Shown here piece after piece: positions 18,971 through 26,557 of a stretch of 37,039 nucleotides of DNA. The notes beneath the pieces are model-generated. The model was given only the letters and a program-made list of their open reading frames with translations. It did not search any database and was not told the DNA's origin. The stretch comes from Pseudomonadales bacterium (GTDB lineage: Bacteria; Pseudomonadota; Gammaproteobacteria; Pseudomonadales; UBA7434). The stretch covers positions 1-37,039 of the forward strand of contig JBATGO010000023.1 of NCBI GenBank assembly GCA_049665845.1. The letters are read 5' to 3'. Every line of letters begins with the position of its first letter. The first letter of the stretch is position 1. The translations under genes and the position numbers were made by a program.

Positions 18971-20467
18971 TCAGGGGCAGTTGTAGCGCTGCGTAGTTTC
19001 GCCCTGCCATACGGAATCCAGTTTCACACTAAAACCCCAAAGCCGGTGCAGGTGCTTCAGTACCTCTTCGGTATTGCCGTCCAGCGGCTTGCGATTGTGC
19101 TGGTGATGCACAAGTTGCATGGAACGGTCACCGCGAACGTCGATATTGACGATCTGGATGTTTGGTTCCCTGTCGCCAAGATTGTACTGGCCCGCCAGTT
19201 GCTCGCGTACATCGCGATAACCCGAATCGTCGTGAATCGCTGAAATTTCTATGGTCGGCTGTTCATCATCATCGACCGCACAAAATAACTTCAGGTCGCG
19301 AATAACCTTGGGTGAGAGAAACTGCTGGATAAAGCTTTCGTCCTTGAAATTTCGCATCGCAAATTGCAGGGTCTTGCGCCAGTCGCTGCCCGCAAAGTCG
19401 GGGAACCAGCGGCGGTCTTCCTCGGTTGGTTTCTCGCAGATTCGGCGAATATCCTGCATCATGGCAAAGCCCAGCGCATACGGGTTGATACCGCTGTAAT
19501 ACGGGCTGTCAAAGCCGGGCTGCAAAACCACGCTGGTGTGCGACTGCAGAAATTCCATCATGAAACCGTCGGTTACCAGGCCCCGATCGTACATTTCGTT
19601 CAGGATCGTATAGTGCCAGAAGGTTGCCCAGCCTTCATTCATTACCTGGGTTTGTCGTTGCGGATAAAAATATTGCGCTACCTTGCGCACAATCCGCACC
19701 ACCTCGCGCTGCCAGGGTTCCAGCAAAGGCGCATTTTTTTCCAGGAAGTACAGCAGGTTCTCCTGCGGTTCAGTGGGGAAAGGTTTGGCTTTTGCCTCGA
19801 CGTCTTCACCGGGTTTCACAGGGATCGTACGCCACAGGTCGTTGACCTGTTGCTGCAGGAGCTCTTCGCGTTCCTTTTGCCGCGAGGTTTCCTCGGCGGC
19901 GGAAATGGGATGCGGGCGCTTGTAGCGATCCACGCCGTAGTTCATTAGTGCGTGGCAGGAGTCGAGCAGCGTTTCGACGGCTTCGGAGCCGTGGCGCTGC
20001 TCACAGTCGGCAATAAAGTTTTTCGCAAACAGCAGGTAGTCGATGATCGAGTCGGCATCTGTCCAGGTTCGAAACAGGTAATTGCCCTTGAAAAACGAAT
20101 TGTGTCCGTAGCAGGCGTGCGCAATGACCAGCGCCTGCATGGTCATCGTGTTCTCTTCCATCAGGTAGGCGATGCAGGGATTCGAATTGATGACTATTTC
20201 GTAGGCCAGGCCCATCTGGCCGCGCTGGTAGTTATTCTGGATGCCGAGAAATTGCTTGCCGTAAGACCAGTGGTTGTAAAACAGTGGCATGCCGGACGAG
20301 GAATAGGCGTCCATCATTTGTTCGGAGCTGATGACTTCGATCTGGTTGGGGTAGGTGTCGAGGCCAAAGTCAGCCGCGATACCAGCGATTACCCGGCTGT
20401 ATTCCTCGATCAGCTCGAAGCTCCACTCCGCGTCGGTGGAGATCGGCTTGCATTCAACGGCTGCCAT
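18971..20467 (-). CDS. ycgB: SpoVR/YcgB family protein
   Basis: 498 aa. The segment ...YPNQIEVISSEQMMDAYSSSGMPLFYNHWSYGKQF...AYEIVINSNPCIAYLMEENTMTMQALVIAHACYGHNSFFK... is typical of SpoVR. Its ATG overlaps the yeaH stop (ATGA). Confidence 0.93.
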   Translation of the reverse strand: MAAVECKPISTDAEWSFELIEEYSRVIAGIAADFGLDTYPNQIEVISSEQMMDAYSSSGMPLFYNHWSYGKQFLGIQNNYQRGQMGLAYEIVINSNPCIAYLMEENTMTMQALVIAHACYGHNSFFKGNYLFRTWTDADSIIDYLLFAKNFIADCEQRHGSEAVETLLDSCHALMNYGVDRYKRPHPISAAEETSRQKEREELLQQQVNDLWRTIPVKPGEDVEAKAKPFPTEPQENLLYFLEKNAPLLEPWQREVVRIVRKVAQYFYPQRQTQVMNEGWATFWHYTILNEMYDRGLVTDGFMMEFLQSHTSVVLQPGFDSPYYSGINPYALGFAMMQDIRRICEKPTEEDRRWFPDFAGSDWRKTLQFAMRNFKDESFIQQFLSPKVIRDLKLFCAVDDDEQPTIEISAIHDDSGYRDVREQLAGQYNLGDREPNIQIVNIDVRGDRSMQLVHHQHNRKPLDGNTEEVLKHLHRLWGFSVKLDSVWQGETTQRYNCP

Positions 20468-21735
20468 CAGGCAGGCCTCCTGCGGAACAGTTCGCGGAAC
20501 ACCGGGTAGATATCGGTGGCGCCGGTGATTTGCTGCAGCGCGAAAGCGTCTTCAAACTGTGCGCGCACGCGTTCGTATTCGTACCACAGTGCCTGGTGCT
20601 TATTGGGAGTAATTTCGACATAGGAGTAATGCTGCACGGTCGGCATGATGTCGTTGACCAGCAGGTCGAAACAGCTGCTTGAATCGTCTTTCCAGTTATC
20701 ACCATCGGACGCCTGTGCGCCGTAGATATTCCACTGCGAAGCTGGGTAGCGTGCCTGCATGATGGTTTTCATTAATTTCAGGGCGCTCGAGACCACCGTG
20801 CCTCCGGTTTCCCTGCTATAAAAAAATTCTTCTTCGTCGACTTCCTTGGCGCTGGTGTGGTGGCGAATAAAAACCACGTCAGTCTGGTCGTAATTGCGCT
20901 GTAGAAACAGGTACAGCAGAATAAAAAATCGCTTGGCGATGTCCTTTACTTCCTGTGACATCGAGCCCGACACATCCATAATGCAGAACATCACCGCCTT
21001 GGAGCTGGGCTGCGGCTGTTTGACGTTCATGTTGTAGCGAATGTCGAAGTCGTCGAGGAAAGGAATCTTTTTCAGTCGCGACTTCAGTTCGCTGATTTCC
21101 TCATCGAGTTGCAGCAGCAGAAATTCGTTGGGCGCAGCCCCGGCCTTCTCCTCGGCGAGTTTTGCTTCAAGTTCTCGCAGTTTGCGGCGCTTGGATGCAC
21201 CCAGCGCAATGCGCCTGCCGTTAGCTGCACGCAGCGAGCGCACGATATTTATCTGGTTCGGGGTTCCTACCGTGGAAAATCCGGCGCGCCGGTATTTGAA
21301 TGAGTCGCTGCCTGCAAGCTGGCGCTTGACCAGGTTGGGTAACTCGAGCTCGTCGAACATGAAGTTCAGGAATTCTTCCTGTGTGATCTGGAAAACGAAG
21401 TCGTCCATGCCTTCGCCGCTGTTGCTGGCCTTGCCACCTGCGCCGCCACCGCCCCCGCGTTTGGGCCTCTCGATCTGGTCGCCGGCGACAAATTCCTTGT
21501 TGCCCGGATGCACGACCGAGCGCTTGCCGCCGGGCCCGTGGCCGAATACTGGTTCGTCGATGTCGCTTTTGGGTATGGTTATGGTTTCGCCGCTTTCAAT
21601 ATCCGTAATTGAGCGGCTGCTGACCGCATCGGCAACGGCATCCTTGATGTGCTTGCGGTAACGGCGCAAAAAGCGCTGGCGATTAACCGCGCTTTTATTT
21701 TTACCGTTCAGTCGTCTGTCGATCAGGTAGGCCAT
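20467..21735 (-). CDS. yeaH: YeaH / DUF444 family protein (vWA-like)
   Basis: 422 aa. [26 protein letters not shown]..., a Gly-rich tract, and [10 protein letters not shown] (a vWA MIDAS-like motif) are typical of YeaH. GGAGAG lies upstream of the ATG. Confidence 0.93.
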   Translation of the reverse strand: MAYLIDRRLNGKNKSAVNRQRFLRRYRKHIKDAVADAVSSRSITDIESGETITIPKSDIDEPVFGHGPGGKRSVVHPGNKEFVAGDQIERPKRGGGGGAGGKASNSGEGMDDFVFQITQEEFLNFMFDELELPNLVKRQLAGSDSFKYRRAGFSTVGTPNQINIVRSLRAANGRRIALGASKRRKLRELEAKLAEEKAGAAPNEFLLLQLDEEISELKSRLKKIPFLDDFDIRYNMNVKQPQPSSKAVMFCIMDVSGSMSQEVKDIAKRFFILLYLFLQRNYDQTDVVFIRHHTSAKEVDEEEFFYSRETGGTVVSSALKLMKTIMQARYPASQWNIYGAQASDGDNWKDDSSSCFDLLVNDIMPTVQHYSYVEITPNKHQALWYEYERVRAQFEDAFALQQITGATDIYPVFRELFRRRPA

Positions 21736-21801
21736 GCAGGCTCTCCGCCCGTTCCCGAGCCCCTGCCGGGGCCCGGAGCGAGCTCGTTATTAGTCGCGAG
21801 G

Positions 21802-23724
21802 CTATTGTGATTTGCGTACGCGCAGGTACCACTCCGACAGTAGCCTGACCTGCTTCTCGGTATAGCCGCGTTCGACCATGCGTGAAACAAAATCGGTATG
21901 TTTTTTCCTGTCCTCTTTGGAGGCCTTGGCATTGAATGAAATAACCGGCAGCAGGTCTTCGGTATTCGAGAACATTTTCTTTTCGATAACCGTGCGCAGT
22001 TTTTCGTAACTGTTCCAGACCGGGTTTTTACCGTCGTTATTGGCGCGCGCCCGCAATACGAAGTTGACAATCTCGTTGCGGAAATCTTTCGGGTTGGAAA
22101 TGCCCGCAGGCTTCTCGATTTTTTCCAGCTCCTCGTTGAGCGCAGGGCGGTCGAGCAGCTCGCCGGTTTCCGGGTCGCGGTACTCCTGGTCCTGGATCCA
22201 GAAATCGGCGTAGGTCACGTAGCGGTCGAAAATATTCTGCCCGTACTCGGAATAGGATTCCAGGTAGGCGGTCTGGATCTCCTTGCCGATAAATTCCACG
22301 TAGCGCGGCGCCAGGTATTCCTTGATAAAGTTCAGGTAACGCTCGGTCAATTCGCCGTTGAACTGCTCCTGTTCTATTTGCTGTTCGAGCACATACAAAA
22401 GATGCACCGGGTTCGCGGCTACCTCGGTGGGATCGAAGTTGAAAACTTTCGAAAGTATCTTGAATGCAAAGCGGGTCGACAAGCCTTGCATGCCTTCGTT
22501 GACACCGGCAGAGTCCTTGTACTCCTGGATGCTCTTCGCCTTCGGGTCGGTGTCTTTCAGGCTCTCGCCGTCGTAGACGCGCATCTTGGAATAGATATTC
22601 GAGTTTTCCGGCTCGATCAGGCGTGACAGGGTGGTGAACTGGCCAAGCATTTTCAGCGTGTCGGGCGCGCAGGGTGCCTGTGAAAGGGAACTGTTCTGCA
22701 GCAGCTTCTGGTAAATCCTGACTTCGTCGGAAACGCGCAGGCAGTAGGGTACTTTCACTATGTAAACGCGGTCAATAAACGCTTCGTTGTTCTTGTTGTT
22801 CTTGAATGACTGCCATTCCGATTCGTTGGAGTGCGCGAGAATGACGCCGTCGAAGGGTATGGCGCTAAGGCCTTCGGTGCTGTTGTAGTTGCCTTCCTGC
22901 GTCGCAGTTAATAACGGGTGCAGCACCTTGATCGGTGCCTTGAACATTTCGACAAATTCCATCATGCCCTGGTTGGCGCGGCTCAGGCCGCCTGAAAAGC
23001 TGTAGGCGTCCGGATCGTTTTGCGGATAGTCTTCCAGTTTGCGAATATCGACTTTGCCGACCAGCGAAGAGATATCCTGGTTGTTTTCGTCGCCCGGTTC
23101 GGTTTTGGTAATCGCAATCTGGTCGAGTCGCGATGGATAGAGCTTCACGACGCGAAACTTGCTGATGTCGCCGTTGTACTCGTGCAGGCGCTTCACGGCC
23201 CAGGGCGACATAATGTTCTGTATGTAGCGTTCCGGAATGCCGTAGTCTTCCTGCAGTATCTGTGCATCTTCGCCGGGATCGAATAATCCCAGCGGGGATT
23301 CAAAAACCGGCGAACCCTGCAGGGCATAAATGGGGTGCTTTTCCATCAGCATCTTGAGTTTTTCGGCAAGTGAGGATTTGCCGCCGCCGACAGGACCCAG
23401 CAGGTAAAGTATTTGTTTTTTCTCTTCCAGTCCCTGCGCCGCATGGCGAAAGTAGGCAACAATTTCTTCTATGACTTCTTCCATGCCGAAGAAATCACTG
23501 AATGCCTTGTAACGTTTGATTATTTTGTTCGAAAAGATCCGGCTCAGTCTTGGATCTGATGCGGTGTTGATCGTTTCGGCTTCACCGATTGCCAGCAGCA
23601 ATCGTTCGGCCGCATTGGCGTAGGCGGAGCGGTCGCTCTTGCAGAGTTCAAGATACTCCTGCAAGCTTATCTCCTCTTCCTTGGTTGTTTCGTAACGCTC
23701 CTGGAAGTGATTAAAAATACTCAT
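21802..23724 (-). CDS. prkA: PrkA/YeaG family serine protein kinase (AAA+-like N-terminus)
   Basis: MSIFNHFQERYE...SAYANAAERLL...LLGPVGGGKSSLAEKLK (Walker A). It resembles E. coli YeaG throughout. ATG 23724 is preceded by AAGGTG. The ORF is open to GTG 23733. Confidence 0.95.
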   Translation of the reverse strand: MSIFNHFQERYETTKEEEISLQEYLELCKSDRSAYANAAERLLLAIGEAETINTASDPRLSRIFSNKIIKRYKAFSDFFGMEEVIEEIVAYFRHAAQGLEEKKQILYLLGPVGGGKSSLAEKLKMLMEKHPIYALQGSPVFESPLGLFDPGEDAQILQEDYGIPERYIQNIMSPWAVKRLHEYNGDISKFRVVKLYPSRLDQIAITKTEPGDENNQDISSLVGKVDIRKLEDYPQNDPDAYSFSGGLSRANQGMMEFVEMFKAPIKVLHPLLTATQEGNYNSTEGLSAIPFDGVILAHSNESEWQSFKNNKNNEAFIDRVYIVKVPYCLRVSDEVRIYQKLLQNSSLSQAPCAPDTLKMLGQFTTLSRLIEPENSNIYSKMRVYDGESLKDTDPKAKSIQEYKDSAGVNEGMQGLSTRFAFKILSKVFNFDPTEVAANPVHLLYVLEQQIEQEQFNGELTERYLNFIKEYLAPRYVEFIGKEIQTAYLESYSEYGQNIFDRYVTYADFWIQDQEYRDPETGELLDRPALNEELEKIEKPAGISNPKDFRNEIVNFVLRARANNDGKNPVWNSYEKLRTVIEKKMFSNTEDLLPVISFNAKASKEDRKKHTDFVSRMVERGYTEKQVRLLSEWYLRVRKSQ

Positions 23725-23806
23725 CGTGGTCACCTTGCCTATGTGCGGCCTTCGTAAGGCTCTTGAGTGTCTGGTGCTATTACATTCTCTATAACATTGC
23801 TCAACG

Positions 23807-23862
23807 CTTGCGTACTATCCCTTGCGTACTATCTCTTGCATACGACCTCCTGCATTCCGTCT
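23807..23862. repeat. Tandem 14-bp direct repeats in the prkA upstream region
   Basis: CTTGCGTACTATCC (23807-23820), CTTGCGTACTATCT (23821-23834), CTTGCATACGACCT (23835-23848), and a degenerate fourth copy CCTGCATTCCGTCT (23849-23862). Confidence 0.85.
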
Positions 23863-24254
23863 CCCTAGCAAGAGGCCTTTATTCTGTTATTACGCTGCGA
23901 GCACAGCCCTGGCCTAGCTTGTTGCAATGAATAATACAACGCTGACTGCCCTTCTTTAAGGATAGTCCTATATGCGCTAGCCGTTTAGCTTGTTTTCATT
24001 TTTAGATTGTGCAATCTGGCACGGGTGCGCGGAACTTTTGTAAAATGCGGTAAACAGAAACGGACAACGCGCTGCACAGGCCGCCGTCGTTCTTTATATC
24101 TTTTGAGAATAAGTGCAGGTGGAAAGCGAAACTTTTTATGACAGGTATTCAACTGCTTTTTGCGCCGGCTGGCGCTGGCCCGTAAGCCGCCAAATCAGTT
24201 AGTACCGACTTTCTTTTTAACCATTGTTCAACCAGAGTTGGGGTTGCATTAGGG

Positions 24255-24260
24255 TATAAT
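24255..24260 (+). promoter_or_regulatory. Candidate -10 hexamer (TATAAT) for the acyl-CoA dehydrogenase operon
   Basis: Perfect TATAAT lies 123 nt upstream of ATG 24383, immediately followed by the inverted repeat TTGGCAC-N13-GTGCCAA. There is no good -35. Confidence 0.35.
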
Positions 24261-24382
24261 TTGGCACCCTGGCGTTACGAGTGCCAACGCCTGCGTGAAC
24301 AACCATTGATCACCATCGTCTTCCAGCGGCTCCGCCACTGGTACGGCTACCTGAAGCGATTCCACCAGGAGATTCTTCCCCG

Positions 24383-25570
24383 ATGCACCTCGCGCAACTC
24401 AGCCATTCGCTGCCCGATTACTCCCTGTCTGCAGAGGAAAATGCTGAACTGCAATTATTCCGTGAAAGTGTGCGCCGTTTTTGTGCGGAGGATATGGCAC
24501 CGCACTACGCGCAGTGGGAGACAGAAGGCATGGTACCGCGCGAGCTTTTCCGCAAGCTCGGTGATGCAGGCTTGCTCTGTGTCGATGTGCCCGATGCCTA
24601 TGGTGGCTATGGTGTGCCGCCGCATTTTTCTTTCGCGATAGTCGAGGAGATGGGATACGCCGGTTTTACCGGTTTTTGTGGCGGCTTGCAGGTGCACAAC
24701 GATATTGTACCGCCGTACCTCGTAGCGTTTGGCAGCGAGGCACAAAAACAGCGCTGGTTGCCAGGCATGGTCAGCGGTGAGGTGGTCACCGCGATTGGTA
24801 TGAGCGAACCCAACGCGGGCAGCGATCTTGCCGCGATAAAAACCTCGGCTGTGCGCAGTGATGACGGTTACCTGATTAACGGCTCAAAGATTTTTATTTC
24901 CAATGGACAGCACGCCGACATGCTGCTGCTGGCGGCCAAGACCGACAAAAGCTCGGGTTCGCGCGGGATCAGCCTGTTTCTTGTCGATGCCAGCCTGCCC
25001 GGCTATTCGCGCGGTAGCAACCTTGCCAAGGTGGGACATAAATGTGCCGATACGTCTGAATTGTTCTTCGATAACCTGCTTGTGCCGCACGATGCGCTGC
25101 TCGGTGAGGAAGGTAGCGGATTTGGCATGATGATGGAAAAACTCGCCCGTGAGCGCCTGATCATCGGCGTACTCGCGGTGGGAGCAGCGCGCGGCGCGCT
25201 GGATTTGACAATCGACTACGTGCAGGAGCGCCAGGCTTTTGGAGCGCCGCTCAGCAAACTGCAGAATACGCGTTTCAAGCTGGCCGAAATGCACACGCGA
25301 CTGTTGGCCAACACCAGTTTTATGCAGCAATGTTTTACTGCCTGTCGCAACGGTCAGCTGACGCCGGAACTCGGTGCGGCGTTTAAACTGCATGCCACTG
25401 AAATGCAGTGCGAAGTGATCGATGAATGTTTGCAGTTATTCGGCGGCTATGGCTACATGAGCGAATACCCGATTTCACGCGCCTGGGCCGATGCGCGCGT
25501 ACAACGCATTTACGGCGGCACTTCGGAGATTATGAAGGAAGTCGTGGCCCGCGCGCTGGTTGGCAAGTAA
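24383..25570 (+). CDS. Acyl-CoA dehydrogenase (LCAD/IVD-like placement of the catalytic base)
   Basis: 395 aa with the three-domain ACAD pattern. The C-terminus reads RVQRIYGGTSEIMKEVVAR, with Gly where MCAD has its catalytic Glu. MEKLARERL offers a helix-G Glu, as in long-chain/isovaleryl-type enzymes (from memory). Confidence 0.88.
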   Translation: MHLAQLSHSLPDYSLSAEENAELQLFRESVRRFCAEDMAPHYAQWETEGMVPRELFRKLGDAGLLCVDVPDAYGGYGVPPHFSFAIVEEMGYAGFTGFCGGLQVHNDIVPPYLVAFGSEAQKQRWLPGMVSGEVVTAIGMSEPNAGSDLAAIKTSAVRSDDGYLINGSKIFISNGQHADMLLLAAKTDKSSGSRGISLFLVDASLPGYSRGSNLAKVGHKCADTSELFFDNLLVPHDALLGEEGSGFGMMMEKLARERLIIGVLAVGAARGALDLTIDYVQERQAFGAPLSKLQNTRFKLAEMHTRLLANTSFMQQCFTACRNGQLTPELGAAFKLHATEMQCEVIDECLQLFGGYGYMSEYPISRAWADARVQRIYGGTSEIMKEVVARALVGK

Positions 25571-25597
25571 ATTCATCCTCTCTGACAGGAACGGCCC

Positions 25598-26542
25598 ATG
25601 CAGTTTGATAACCGTATTACCCGTATGCTCGGTATCGAAATACCGCTGGTGCAAGCGCCAATGGGCTGGATCGCGCGCTCGCAGCTCGCCTCGGCGGTGT
25701 CCAACGCGGGCGGTATGGGGATTATTGAAACCTCGTCCGGAGAACTCGACGCGATAAAAAATGAAATTATTAAAATGCGCGAGCTGACCGATAAACCATT
25801 TGGCGTCAATATTGCGCAGGCGTTCGTACGCGATCCCGGCATTATCGATTTTGTGCTCGAGCAGGGTGTGAGTTTTGTTACCACTTCGGCGGGTAACCCG
25901 CAAAAATATACCAGCATCCTGAAGGCAGCCGGCCTGACGGTGTTCCACGTCGTGCCGACGTTGGAAGCCGCGCTGAAAGCCGTCGACTGCGGCGTCGACG
26001 GACTGGTTGTCGAAGGCGGAGAAGGCGGTGGTTTCAAGAACCCGCGCGACGTGGCAAGCATGGTGTTGCTGCCGCTGGTGCGCGAAAAAGTAGAGGTGCC
26101 GATCATCGCTGCGGGTGGCTTTGTCGATGGCGCGACCATGCTGGCTGCTTTTGCACTTGGCGCGGAAGCAGTGCAAATGGGCACGCGTATGGTTTCTGCG
26201 CTGGAGTCGCCGGTGCATGAAAACTGGAAGCAGGCGATTATCGATGCGCGAGAAACCGACACAGTGATGCTGAGCCGCCAGCAGGCGCCGGCACTGCGTG
26301 CACTGCGGACCAAAAAAACCGACGCAATGGAGTTTGCCCCAGCGCAGGAACACCCGATGGGAGAGTTCGCCCGCGCTAAAGAGTTATATTTTGGTGGAGA
26401 CATGGAAGCCAGCATTGCGCTCACCGGGCAGGTCTGCGGTCGCATCGATGAGGTGCTGCCAGTGGCTGACATCATTGCGAGTGTGCGCGAAGAATTTTTT
26501 CATGCGCTGCAACAATTGAGCACGCAGTATTTGCAGGGATAA
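25598..26542 (+). CDS. Nitronate monooxygenase / FabK-like FMN-dependent oxidoreductase family protein
   Basis: 314 aa. IPLVQAPMGWIA...AGGMGII...VEGGEGGGF...IIAAGGFVDG...GAEAVQMGTR match the NMO (2-nitropropane dioxygenase-like) TIM-barrel pattern. It lies 27 nt after the ACAD stop and has its own AGGA. Confidence 0.85.
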   Translation: MQFDNRITRMLGIEIPLVQAPMGWIARSQLASAVSNAGGMGIIETSSGELDAIKNEIIKMRELTDKPFGVNIAQAFVRDPGIIDFVLEQGVSFVTTSAGNPQKYTSILKAAGLTVFHVVPTLEAALKAVDCGVDGLVVEGGEGGGFKNPRDVASMVLLPLVREKVEVPIIAAGGFVDGATMLAAFALGAEAVQMGTRMVSALESPVHENWKQAIIDARETDTVMLSRQQAPALRALRTKKTDAMEFAPAQEHPMGEFARAKELYFGGDMEASIALTGQVCGRIDEVLPVADIIASVREEFFHALQQLSTQYLQG

Positions 26543-26557
26543 GTCTCCCTGTGCGAG

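Noticed and set aside
18971-23724. Lower GC of the prkA-yeaH-spoVR operon as a sign of horizontal acquisition
   Set aside because: Reading the codons, third positions are still mostly G or C, as in the neighbours. The lower overall GC is explained by Lys/Glu/Asn/Ile/Phe/Tyr-rich conserved protein sequence. There are no flanking repeats, tRNA or integrase.
24017-24031. TGGCAC (sigma54 -24-like) at 24017-24022; a second TGGCAC at 24262-24267
   Set aside because: Sigma54 promoters need GG-N10-GC. At the first site the nearest GC gives GG-N9-GC. At the second, the GC is 3 nt too close. Neither has a TTGC -12 element. I also found no reverse-complement match (TGCAA-N5-GTGCCA) that would serve prkA.
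24261-24641. 126-aa plus-strand ORF starting in the ACAD leader and overlapping the ACAD gene out of frame
   Set aside because: The translation is not protein-like (Arg/Cys/Trp-rich). It overlaps a well-supported gene and has no RBS.
24383-25570. The idea that the ACAD-family protein is a nitroalkane oxidase working with the adjacent nitronate monooxygenase
   Set aside because: Fungal nitroalkane oxidase uses an Asp at the position equivalent to the MCAD catalytic Glu. Here that position is Gly (IYGGTSE), and a helix-G Glu is available as in LCAD/IVD. The simpler reading is a genuine acyl-CoA dehydrogenase. This rests on remembered motifs, so it still needs an alignment.
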